A stretch of DNA of 64,000 bases from Kudoa neothunni (taxonomy: Eukaryota; Animalia; Cnidaria), in NCBI GenBank assembly GCA_964304625.1, contig OZ199840.1, forward strand, positions 9,408,882-9,472,881. Direction: 5' to 3'. Every line of letters starts with the position of its first letter. The first letter of the stretch is position 1. Under the pieces are notes generated by a model that did no database searches, had not been told where the DNA came from, and worked only from the letters and a program-made list of their open reading frames with translations. Below are positions 14,951 to 27,900 of the stretch, piece after piece. The position numbers and the translations under genes are program-made.

Positions 14951-16116
14951 CTAGCGGGAACTGCCCAGAGTTGCTTGGGAGTAATAAGCATTGAAAAATT
15001 TCTTAATAACATTCAAAAAAGGTGTTAATATTTCAAATTAACCTGGAGATTCAATCAAACTAAAAAATTTTGTAAGCTTCATATTTTAACGACTGTGAAT
15101 GTGAAATTTAAATTATGATCATTTCTGTGAAGGAATGTACCAATCCCGGAGTTCATTAAAAATTTGGGGGTCCGGCACCAAAACTAAATAATTTAACGTC
15201 AGTGTCGTATTTAATTTTCATCCCAAATTATTTAAATTCACTTAAAGTGCCATTTAAAACGTTGTTTTGTGATCCTGGGATATTTCCAAGTAGAATTCTG
15301 GTCCGTCTCAGAAAGTATGTGCACCACTCTGTTTATGGAAGCCAAATAAATAGAAAAAGATATAGAAATGAGATAGAAGAAAATTTACGAAAATTGATTT
15401 TTATTACACAAATTATTATCTCGGCCCACATAAACTTTAGTGCACACTTTCTTAAAAACGCGTAAAAATCGCGTCAATATCAACCCAAATATTTTAAATA
15501 ATAAGACGGAACAAAAATACACTTCTTACATTGAATTTAATCACGGAAAATGAAACTTAGCGGACGATTTCAATGAAATCTACGGACACAGTATCTCCAT
15601 TATAATATTTTAATAAATGTAATTTTAACGTTCTTAACCAATTCGGTATTCTTTAAAAATATATAGATCTTTTCTACACATCGAACACTATTAATAGAAC
15701 CTTCAAAATGTGTTTATCAAGTCAAATACGTTAAAACTCCATAAATAAGGAGTGTATCTACACGGACATCTAAATTTACACCCCAAATTTACATATTAAG
15801 TCAGAATGCGGCAGTTAATCAACATTTGATAGAGCACATAAAGGGAAAAATTAACCTCAACCAACCATCAGCAGGTGTTAATCCTATTGTTGAATTCAAG
15901 TAATCCGTTTAACAAACATTGAATCGACAAAATACCCATTTTCTTAACACAGCTGGGAACATTTGGTAGTATAAAAACGATTCAAAGATTTTTTGAAACA
16001 TTAGGATTTTTAAAAAATCACATAAATGTCTTTCTATAAGGAAAAAATTTTTGACGCACATGCGTACTTGCTAGCACACACATGGACACTTCAGCTTTAT
16101 ACGTATAGTAGATAGA
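14951..16116 (-). mobile_element. Non-autonomous Helitron
   Basis: Minus strand starts A|TCTATCTACTATAC and ends with an imperfect CCCAAG..CTGGG hairpin followed by CTAG|T; no TSD. Related sequence at about 59560-60000. Confidence 0.7.
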
Positions 16117-17090
16117 TTTAAACTTATAATTTGGTCATCATGTCTAACAAGGGGGTCATATATTTATATCATAGGCATATCTTTACTTAAAATTAAATTA
16201 TAATGAATTGATACATGTTTATCAAACATATGTATACATCGTATTAAATTAATGGAAAATCTAAAAATTATGACAAATAAATGGTAAAACATTCACCGAA
16301 TGTCGCTGATTCGGATTCCCAAACATTACGAATGATGTTTGTAGAAAAAAATTACATTCAGCATCATTTTTTTAAATTAATTAACGATAGACATAATTCT
16401 CTTTAAATGAATTATTAGTAACGACGTTTATAATAAATCCGACTTTAGCAATATTTAGAGCCTTGTTCCAATGCTATAATACAATTTTTTTCCTGACTCA
16501 TTTATCTAACCCGGACGCCCAATAGGGAAGTCGTGGATTAAACGGATCCGTTGCGTTAGCCAGTGCTTATTTCATCCCACCGCAATAATACAAAAAGCGA
16601 TATACACAGTAGTAACATTAAAATTGTAATTAATTAAAAAGGAAAATAATTTTTAAAAAAGAGATTTAATATTGTTTCTAAAACATTAATAATTTAATTA
16701 TATTTTTTATCAAGGAAAATTTCCCTCGGAACTATCCCTTTCCTGGCACAGTTGGATACAAACCCGACATAATTTATACTCTATTTTTGTACATTTGATA
16801 AAAAAAGTAAATTAATCTAAATTTTAGATAGATACAGTTTTAACAATTTATGTTTTGTTTGTTACCGAGGATGTTAGGTTAAAACAAAGTTATTTTCATT
16901 AAATAAATGTACATTGTGTTCCATCATTCTCACGGTGTTAAAAAATTGAATATATAATATTATTAAAGTATATGATCGACATGTTTAGCTAATTGAAAAT
17001 TTCTTTAATCTTATTCACGTATTAACTGTTCGCCTATTCTTTATATACGATAATTATTCCATATTCCTAATTGTTTATTACAAATTCTAT

Positions 17091-18524
17091 ATGAAAAAAA
17101 TTAATTCTCCATTTTATACAATAATATTTATTTTATCGTTTTCTTTACGCTTGTCTGGTAATTAGTATATTTCTTGTTCAGCTCTATCCAGCTTAATAGA
17201 TCCGATATTACCATCTTATGAAAGAGATGAAGGAGACTGGCCCGTCGATGTTGTTAAAAGTATGGATAATGTCATTGACCGTTGGTTCATTGATATCAAT
17301 GATGCCAAATGTAAGCCCCTAGAATACCGGGGTATCAAGGGGAATTATAACAATTTTGCATCAAAAGGACTTTGTGAAATGCATGGTACGTTGTGAATTA
17401 AAAGTTGGATTATTAATATTCATTAAAGGTAAGTTAACTGAACGGGAAAAATTACAAGGGTGTAAAAAACACACAAACAGAAAATAAGTTCTACTTTGAT
17501 CAGACAACCGCCAGGTGTAAAGAATTCAAATACAATGGGTGTGGAGGAAGTTTAAATAGATATGAAAATGCAAATGAATGTTATTTATATTGTTTAAGTA
17601 CATTGCACCGACTTGAATGTCAAAAATAATGTATATTCTGCATTAGATAAAAAGAATGGAGGGCTCACTAATGCTGACGATACAAATATAAACATTCACG
17701 ATAGTGAGGGGAAATATTCAGTACCGAATTCCTTAGATTGTGATTTAAAGCCAGACGTTAAAGATAGAGACCCAGGCACTGCGATTATTGCCGATACCAA
17801 TAACAACAAGTGTGCGTTTGCTGCAGTCTCGATTGATTCGAATACAAGAGGAATATTCAGGACGTTTTCTGAATGTATCAACAAATGTTATCGTATACAC
17901 ATTAATTGAGTTCAGATTTTTAATATTTTATAGCACATAAACATGATGGGGCCGCTGATAATATAGAAGCTAAAAAAAAGAGAATCCCTGCATGTGATAG
18001 GAATCCTTATCAGGATGCCTTCACTAAGGAAGATCAAGTGATTTTCAGATACTATCATGATTTTAATGAGAAAGTATGCAAGCGAATGGAAACTGGTCAA
18101 CCTAAAAATAATGAATATGTCTTTGATAAAAACAACAATAACTTTCCAACGATGGAAATGTGTCATAGTTATTGCGGCGCAGGTACGAACTTGTTCAAAT
18201 CATGAGTAAAGATGATAATGTTTGGATTAGATTTGACTTTATTGTTTAAATTTATTAATTAAAAATTTAGAAAAATACAAGAAAGAAATAAAGATTGAAG
18301 AAACCTGCATCCAACGAAAAAAAGGTGATGCCGATAATGATAATAAATTTAGAGCAACAAGATACTATTACGTAAAAAATGAACATAAATGTAAAGCATT
18401 CATATACAAAGGGTATGATGGTAACTCAAACAATTTTAAAAGTGGGGAACAATGCAAAAAAATATGTGGAGGCCATTATAACGAAGAGAATGAGGTTACG
18501 ATAGAACCTACTGCTGCCACTTGA
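17091..18524 (+). CDS. Secreted protein with five Kunitz/BPTI-like domains, 6 exons (17091-17157, 17182 or 17200-17385, 17429 or 17481-17597, 17647-17892, 17934-18182, 18271-18524)
   Basis: Signal-like exon MKKINSPFYTIIFILSFSLRLS, then one domain per phase-1 exon: RWF..KCKPLEYRGIKGNYNNF..LC; KFYFD..RCKEFKYNGCGGSLNRY..EC...C; a degenerate third; RYYHD..VCK..NNF..MC...C; RYYY..KCKAFIYKGYDGNSNNF..QC...C. Exon 3 needs either a 1-nt correction or the downstream acceptor. Confidence 0.85.
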
Positions 18525-18675
18525 TTAGAGGCTAAAAAGAAATCTATCTCTGTTTCCATAAACATATTGAAATATTAGTTTTCCATTCGGAATAAATATT
18601 AAATATATCTTTTCAATCTGATAAATTGAATTATATGTGTGATTTAATTTTAGCTGTCAGTAACAATATACTAAA

Positions 18676-20912
18676 CTAGCGCAAAAGCCCCTCTTCTCGA
18701 AGACTTCCTTGCCCAGCCAAATAGACTAAAACCTGTTCCAAACTATAGCTTTTTTGATTTTTAAGTAAATAACCCTAATGCCTAGCTTTGCCTGGTATTG
18801 TGATGGAAAATTTTAATTTTTAGATTTATTTTTGAATGGAGAAATTCTACATAAGATTTAATCTAAATAGCACGTTACACCATTTATATTTTATTTTTCT
18901 ATTTTAACTGTTGCATTTAAAGCTTGTCATTATTTTTGCAATGTGATGATTTATAAAAAAAATTATTCCCGCACCTTCTATTCAAATTTAAATAGAGGTA
19001 TTGAGAGAAAGTAATGAGTATTTTTAAGTTTATTTTACAAATTATTGATCAAAATATAATGACCTTAATGTTATGAGCAATTTAATTACCGATTAAAGTT
19101 CATTTATTTACTAAAAAAAATCATTAAATAATTTGAATAGGACTTTCAGTTTTTTTTTCAAAATTTTAAGATAAAAATTAATCCTTCTTGTTATAAAATT
19201 TATTATTAATCAACAAACGATGAAAAAAATAAAATCAACCTAATATGCGTCACAAATAAAAATATTAATTGTTACTCCTTTTTTGCAAGTTTATAAAGGA
19301 TGTTAATGAGGTGTTAGTAATCTGTGAGTGATAACTTACGTATTCATTATTTTAACATAATTTCCCGATTTTTAACAAAAATACTTACTGGTCCAAAAAT
19401 ATACAAATTTAATTAGCAAAATACGATTAAATCTAAAATGTAAAATGTAAAGGTGTTTTTGGTTTGAAGAATTACAGTAATGCTAAAATACTTAAATATC
19501 AACTGGTTTTCTCGAAGGAGTGCACCCGTTTAAAAATAAACACACTCTTTGATTGCCCTAAAAAATTTTTTCGTATTGAATTATTCTTAGATTAACGAAA
19601 ACTTTGTGAAAATATCGGTTAGATCGAATAGACCAATAATTTTTTATTATCTTACATGGCACGTATTGAGAGGGGATTGTATTTTGTGCAGAAGTAATTG
19701 TGGATATCAATTCTTAAACTACGTATAGAATGAGGTGTCACATATTTTCATGCAGCTTTTATATCATAATGAATTATTTTTTACGAAAAGAAAATGATTG
19801 ATTGATTTGAATATTAACGTTAAGGTCTGGGACAGCGAATAATTAGGTAACTAAGAACTTAAACACTATTTAAAAAATTATCTCATCAAATATAGAAACT
19901 TATCGAATTAGTTACGTCAGCTGTTTTGCAAGGGAGTTTAGGAAAATCAAAAAATGAGTAACAACTTATCCAAAGGACGAATATAGTGTCAATCCCCATC
20001 GATATATTTGATAAAAAGAAATATTCACATCTCAGGAATTCCAATAGAGAATAATTTTCATTTAAGAAGTTATCACAAAAATTTAATTATTTGAAATCAC
20101 TACACACATCTCGTTGTGTTTGCGCGAAGAAACTGTCAGTGCTTATAATAATATAGATAGAACTTTATATTATTATAGTTATATAATAAATTATAATAGC
20201 AGTAGAAGCTATGGCGATAACACTGGTAGTCTTAGTAGTCTTGAGGATTTCCGCCCAATAATGTAGTGAGCTAGCGCCGGGCCCAGCCTCTGTTCATTGG
20301 GGATTTACTACACATTCTACATAGTTTTTAGAATGCGTATAGAGACTCAAATTATTCCAACTTTACAACAACTTATAATCTTAAATTATGTGTTTTATTT
20401 AAAATGATCATAAACTATTTTGCTTAACTATATCCATAACGCTTAAATAGAGAAAAAACATCCCAAATAACTTGTTTATGCTTCAAATTTTAAGGGAAAT
20501 GCAACAACTCTTGTAAATGTGACGTTAATAGTTTTATTGTCTTAAAACCACTCCGAACAGGCATACGTAAAATTTTTAGAATATTCTATACCATAGTTAA
20601 GTGACTTTTTTCCTATATAATGAGTAGAAAGTTCATTTTACTTAGCTATCACTCTGAAATAAACCAATATCAATATTATTCAGGTACTTTGAATCTGCTT
20701 ATTGATACAGACAACCAGAAAATTCCTTACTTCTGATACCGATATGTAATATTTAAGCAATTATAATTGAATTAGTGATTTTTTGTAATAGTATCATCCT
20801 TCTAAATGTATACTAAAAGCTGTATTTAAAGAAAGTTTCTCCATGGCACATGCGTACTGCTGCAAACACGCACGGACACTTTAGCATTATCCATATCTTT
20901 ATAGTAGATAGA
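18676..20912 (-). mobile_element. Non-autonomous Helitron (possibly two adjacent derivatives)
   Basis: 5' A|TCTATCTACTATAAAG at 20912 and 3' CTAG|T at 18676. About 18960-20870 is recognisably the reverse complement of about 45480-47010. Confidence 0.7.
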
Positions 20913-21950
20913 TGATTCGGTTAACTAGTGTTAACATATACGAAATAATTTTGTTTCTCATAAAATTGCTTAGTAGTCTACCCCAAGACATTTTAAAATT
21001 CCCAAATAAGTAAATTGAACATTGGAGAAAGGCAGGGGCTATTGGCGCAGTAAAACTTAATCCTAAACGGCATTTACATTTACACATTTACGCAGGCGCA
21101 CAAAGAATTTTTAATCTCAGCAACTCCTGTTTACAAGCTGTTACTAGATTCAATTTTTTAGGATCTGCTATATTTAGTTATCTCTGGCTCACTGCTTCGC
21201 TCTTAGGGGCCATAAATAATTATATATAGTCAAAACTAGTTTCACCTGATTATCATTTACCATGCTAATAGTCACTTTTTTTTGTACTCTACATTACTTT
21301 TGTTGATCTTAATGATTTATGATTCTTGAGTGACGCTACATACTTTCACAAACCGGCAGGTTAAATCTGATTGATATATAGGATTAAATTAATTAGTGTA
21401 GGGTTTACGAAAATCTATATGACATGAAAAGTTAACATTCCAATAGAAAGCATGATGAAAAGCAAAGATAAACCATATTAAAACGATAAAAACCTTGATT
21501 AAATTTTAGGTTTTCACTGGCAGTATGTTGAGATCTCTTTTTCCAAATTAACGATAGATTTTCAAACTAGTCTTAAAAAGTTTCCTATTTTGAGAGAGGT
21601 TTTAAATTTTGTTGTTAATATTTTGTGAAATATTTGAGTAAAAATTAACAACAGCAAAAGTCGTAGTTTATTGGACGATGGCGATATTACGAGAAAAAAT
21701 AATTATGAGCGAAGCTAGAAAAATTTTAATTATTCTGTATTATAGGATTGAATGGATTATATTCTTTTATTTTATAAACCTCTAATAAAACTACTTGAGA
21801 CTGCAACGACCAATTAATTGCATGATAAATAAAAATATTTGATTAACTTTATGTTGATGATTAAAATTAAATTTTAATTATATAAACAACAAAGAAACTA
21901 ACAAAGAAAATATTTTCACATACAAATACAAAAATAAAGACACTAAAACG

Positions 21951-22274
21951 TCAGAACATCTTTTCGCCTTTCCACACATCAGCCAACAGAACATTTCGGC
22001 TGGTGGTGGATTGATTTTCCCTAAAAGAGAAAACACTCGAAACAAGTTGAGGATTTTTTTTCAAATAGTTTGAAACGTTGAAATCATTTTCTTTTAATAT
22101 TTCGTCAAAGTTTCTTATATTAACATTCTTAGTGGGAGGATCGATTGGGGGAAACAAAGGGTACAATCTAAACCAAACAGGTTTTTTCATATAGATTCTT
22201 GCTTCGAGCAAATGTTTGGTTCGTTGATAGATATCACCAAAGTACGATCGGTTGGGTTGTTTGGGCAGATTCAT
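21951..22274 (-). CDS. MRPS23: Mitochondrial ribosomal protein S23 (mS23), intronless, 107 aa
   Basis: RSYFGDIYQRTKHLLEARIYMKKPVWFRLYPLFPP matches the mS23 N-terminal signature G-I-F/Y-R...L...K-P-x-W-F...F-P-P. Confidence 0.8.
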   Translation of the reverse strand: MNLPKQPNRSYFGDIYQRTKHLLEARIYMKKPVWFRLYPLFPPIDPPTKNVNIRNFDEILKENDFNVSNYLKKNPQLVSSVFSFRENQSTTSRNVLLADVWKGEKMF

Positions 22275-24827
22275 TTCAAAATACACGCGTGCGCAACTAT
22301 ATAACAAATCTCACGAACATTACATTTCCTTTATATTTGATGACTGGAATATTAACAAAAATGCAACATTTTAATTTACTCATATATATTCATTTTTGAG
22401 AAATGGATATTTCAATGATTTTAATCGTGTTATTCAGTGAAAAATTGCAATAGTTGGTTCGAAACGTCGTGTAATAGATGGTTATTTGAGTCAAAGTTTC
22501 TTAGTTTACTAAAAATGAAATATTAATACCCTAAGTTAGATTATTACTATGTAAAAATATCGTTAAATGAATAGTGCGATTATGCGCGCGCACATACACA
22601 AAGACCATTGGGACTTTATCATTTAATTTAAAAAAAAATTAAAGAACGTTTCCTCAAACTAAAAAATAATTCAAACGAATAAAAATGTAGATTCGAGAAA
22701 AAATTATTTTAGTTTCTAAAAAAATTGAATTCTCGTTTGGAGAAAAATAATTTCATGAATTACGGTATTCAAACATAAATCAGTTTGAGTTTTGGTGAAC
22801 TTTTCGACAATTATAAAATCAAACCAGCTTTTGAAACTAAAATATATTAATTTAAATGAAAAGCATGTGAATATGTAATTTAAAGTGTATTACTGATATC
22901 GAGGTTTTATAATTATGCGACATTTGTATTATCCATATACCATTCAGTTCACAAGGAGTACTTTATTAGAGCTTATGCCACAATAATTTATGTGGGGGTA
23001 AACCAATAAAATAAAAAGCAGAAACAATTAATTTACGGATATGAATTAGGTATTATTTCAAAATCACCACTTTTTTTAAATAAACTCATAAAAAGATTTA
23101 AAACGTTTAAATTATTTAATATGGAAATGATATAATATAGTTAATATTATATATCGGTATTCAAAGTTAGATATCTCACAATCGATTCTCAACATTCTGC
23201 ATTAAAGTTTTATTGACATTAATAATAAATCCCAAAATTATCAACTAATTTTTTCAATAATTTTTATTTAGTCAGTTATTCGTTGACTAACCAATTTTTA
23301 GGGGGTTCCAAAAATATTCATTATACAGTAGATAATCGATTTTCCGTACTTTTAAGTTTCTTCTCTTTTATATAATTATCCGAGTCGAAAATATTTTAGT
23401 AAATGAACAAAGTTTATTTTATGTAATTACAATTAAAAAGTCTATGGTAAAATAATTTATAAATAAATTTTTTTATAAAAAATGGATATTATCGATTTTA
23501 CGTCCTTTTCGGCCCCAACCTTAATTTTCAAAATCCTTTGCTTCAACTTATTACATACATTATTTCATGGTAAATTATTTCGACATAAAGAGAAGTTTCT
23601 TATTTTTCGATTATTTAAAAATTTGCTAATGGAAGTCGATAAATCTTTACATTTCACGATTTTGATCACATACCTATTTCAACTTTGGAAACTCGTAAAA
23701 CAAGGATGTCGACTTAATTTCCTCGTGTAAATGAGTTTGGATTCATTAAAACGAAATATTCTGGAAAATGGATAGAATATTGCTTTTTACGCTATAGTTT
23801 ATAATTGATTAAAAGCATTAGAGTCAAGAAAACCGATTTATTATAGACAATTAAATGTGTAAAAAAATTAGTAAAGGAATTCAATTCACAATAATTATCA
23901 CTTTTAGGTGGTTCTATAGTTACAAGTCGCGCCTTAATTTAAAAATAGTTAATTGTCTCGGATGGTCATTTATGCACTCAAAACTGCTAACCTAAAGAGT
24001 AAAACAAATTGAGTGATATTGCTGCAAGATCTTCTACCGCAGTTTTTGTACGATTTATATAAAACTATACTATTCGATCAACTAAACAATGTAGCTTATT
24101 TAATATGTACAAATTTTCGAAAGTAAACTTTTATTTACGCCTAGAATCCAATTCACATCTAGAAAAGAGGTCTAAAATGATTTATGAGATAATTTTATGC
24201 GTCCATTTCCTGAAGTTGTTAAAACAATAATTTCAATAATACTATTTACAATTTATATCTATATTTCTGTAGCTCAGCTTTTAATCATGAAACTAAATTA
24301 TATAACATCATTCTTATATTTTTTGAAAAATTCAGCGAGTTTATCACTCTCAATAAACGAATAGTTAATTTATTTTACAGAGTCCAACTACAAAAGTATT
24401 TCGATTAAAAATTACATTAATGAAGATGATGAAGATCTAAATGCATTTCCACCAGCTTTTCATCAAGTTTTTTTAAAAATATAAACATTTTTCTTAAAAT
24501 TTATAATTGTGAACTTTATTATATTACAACGGTGGACAAACTTTTTTGGTCCGAGGGCTGTACCCATCAAAAAATAGCTTTTTGTACTGATAAAAGATGG
24601 AAAATGTTTTAAAACTCATTCTTTATCGATTACATATGTTTTCATTCATTCAAATCGATTTTAATATTCTTCCAAATATTTTTACTTATTACAACCCTAA
24701 GTATTACTTACACAGGAAGAAATTTCCAAGTTGTATGAGCTTTTAAAATATCCCTTATTGCGAAAATTTGAAATAATTCGTCTTCTTAAGAACAACATAA
24801 AGCATTCTAATTATAACATTTTATATA

Positions 24828-24927
24828 TGTTACCAAGGTGATTATTAGTAATCAACCGTTTAGTATTCCTAGTTCGATATATATATCGTAGCTTTTTATA
24901 ATATGGCCTCTATGCATGCAGCTAACA
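24828..24927 (+). repeat. 5' LTR (100 bp)
   Basis: Identical by eye to 28651-28750; contains the palindrome CGATATATATATCG and the ORF start codon. Confidence 0.95.
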
Positions 24928-27900
24928 TTGGCGCAGTGGCTAAAGTGGAACCTTTTAATGGACGGAATGTTGATGCTTGGATAGCAAAACTGGAGATACT
25001 ATTGCTGCATGACGGAATTCTACCTGAGAGGTGGACGTTAGAGTTGCTTGTATTATTATCGGCTGACGTATTCCAAATTGTTCAGGAGGCTGGATACACA
25101 ATAAATTCATCCTACCACGAAATAAAGGCTTATTTAACAGCAAGATTTGGTGAGAAAAAAGATAGATACGTGGCACAGAGAGAATTGGTGGATTGTGTGC
25201 AGAGAGAAGGGCAAACAATAACTGAGTTTGCGGAAGAAATCAGGAGGAAAACCCGATTGGCTCACAGCAATATCCCTGAGAATGCAAAGGAAGAGATCGC
25301 AAAAAACCAGTTCATACATGGTTTGAGTAACAGCGAAACGAAAAGAACTTTGCTTGTGAAGGATTTTGAGTCATTCGATTTGGTATACCAATTCGCGGAA
25401 CGTTTAGAATTCGCTGCGAGCAAATTTAACACCCGCGCCGAAAACGGAAGGAATGAAGTTTTGGCTATGGATTCGCAAAATATTATCCAAAGATTGATCG
25501 ACCGCCTGGATGAGTTGGAAAAGACACTCGTAAAAAAGAAGAAGACGCTGAGATGCTTCAAATGTGGCCAGAAAGGACACATAAAAAACAATTGCAAACT
25601 ATATAAATCTAGTGGTTTTAAATATGTGGATTTTTTATTTCTGCATTGCCATATTAATGGAAAAGATATTAGAGCATTAATTGATACAGGAGCGCAAGTT
25701 TCCTTGGTTAGTTTATCATTTGTCAATAAGAGCGGTATTCCTCTGCTGAGGACGAAGGATGAGTTACCACTGGTGGCAGCCACAGGAAATAGACTAAATA
25801 TCAAAGGAACCATAGACGTGTCACTTCAGTATAATGGGAAAGAGTGTAGACAAAAGTTATTAGTTGTCGAAAATTTGATACATGATTGTATCATTGGTCT
25901 CAATATTTTGAAAGTATGGAATTTTGAGCTTATAATTGACAGTGAACGTATATCAAATAACGTTGAGAAACCTATAATAGCTCCCGTTATCGGTAATTGT
26001 GGAATCAAGTCAATGACGAGAAAAGTAGCTGTGGTGCATAAAATTGATACAAACAATACCAAACCAATAAAAGATTTTAAAAGAAGAATACCATACCACA
26101 AAAGAAAACAAATGAATGAGATAATTAGTTCAATGCTGGAGCGTGGTATTATTGAGGAATCTAATTCGGATTGGGCTTTCAATTCTGTTTTGGTTCCAAA
26201 GAAAAATGGAAAGTGGAGATTATGTGTTGACTATAGAAGGTTAAACGCAGTGACAGTGAAAGATTCATATCCACTTCCGAGGATTGATGATGTCATGGAT
26301 ACATTGGGTAATGCTAATGTATTCACGGTGTTAGATTTGAAAGATGGATACCATCACATACCTATAGATATTAAAGATAAACAAAAGACCGCATTCTATG
26401 GTGTTGATGGTTTGTATCAATTTGTCAAGATGCCGTTTGGACTGTGCAATGCACCAGCCACTTTTCAAAGGATGATTAACCTGATTTTGAAAGAATGTAT
26501 TGGTGTCTGTTGTCTTGTGTATCTTGATGATATAATTATATTCAGTAAAGATTTGGAAACTAACAAAAATGACGTGAGGAAAATTGTTACATTATTAGAG
26601 TTGTATAACTTGAAAATTAATAACGAAAAATCAGTTTATTACAAAAGCGAAGTTACATTTTTGGGACATGTTATCAATGCTGATGGAATCAAACCAGATA
26701 AAAATAAAGTGAAAGCAATTAAAAATTGGCCTACCCCAACGAAAATTGTTGAATTACAATGTTTCCTTGGTTTGCTTAACTATTATAGAAGATTCATTGA
26801 TAAATTCTCTCAAATTTCGAATCCTCTGTGTCGTTTGTTACGGAACGACGTACCGTGGAATTGGTCGCCAGAATGTCAAAAATCATTTGATATGCTAAAA
26901 AAGAAATTAATGGAATGTGTATTGTTGGCACATCCGAATTGGAATGAATCATTTATTTTGGATACTGATGCCAGTAATCAATCTATTGGAGCAGTTTTGT
27001 CGCAAGTAATTGATGGGGAGGAGCGAGTGGTCGCTTTCGCTAGTAGATCGTTATTAGATCGAGAAAGGAATTATAGTGTTACGAGAAAAGAACTCTTGGC
27101 TCTGGTTCATTTTATAAATCATTTCAAATTTTACCTCCATGGAAAAAAATTCTTAGCGAGAACTGACCACCATGCGTTGAAGTGGCTATTGTCTTTTAAA
27201 AAGCCAGAAGGTCAGGTAGCTAGATGGTTGGAGCATTTGAGTCAATACGAATTCGATGTTGTTTACAGAGAAGGTAAGATGCATGGAAATGCAGATGCTT
27301 TATCTCGAGTTCCTGAAATAACCCAAGCTTTGGCTCTATCTATACAAGGATTATCAAATGATGTTATTATCAATAGACAACGCAATGACGCCATTCTGAA
27401 TAAAATTATCGGCTGGATTGAGAGTAATCGAATGCCAAAGAAGGTTCCTAAAGAGTTGGATAAACGGATACAAACATTATGGCTGTTGAGGAAATGCTTA
27501 CGCTTGGATAATAGTATTCTATGTAGAGAATTTGTTGACCCTAAAACAAAGGAAGTTACATTACGTGTTGTGATACCTGAAAGCTTAAAATCAATGATAT
27601 TGGAGTTGGCACATGATAATGTTACAAGTGGTCATCTAGGACATGAAAAAGTTGCCCAAAATATACGCAGAAACTATTATTGGCCATTACAAAATGTGGA
27701 TATAAAAAATTGGTGTCAATCCTGTGAAATATGCGCTCGGAGGAACCGACCCACCAGAAAGTTTGTATCAGAAATGGATACAAGTGTGTCAAGTTATCCG
27801 ATGGAACGGATTGCTATTGATATGGTTGGACCGTTACCCACTACATATAAGGGGAATCGATTCATTTGTGTAGTTCAAGATTATTTTACAAAATGGGGAG

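Noticed and set aside
17158-17181. Ultra-short 24-nt intron (and 25/26-nt introns in Max) as evidence of a tiny-intron spliceosome
   Set aside because: In-frame alternatives exist (42-nt intron using the AG at 17199; single 83-nt intron in Max), so the tiny introns are not required.
24955-26182. Antisense ORFs within gag-pol
   Set aside because: No motifs; expected shadows of a long sense ORF.
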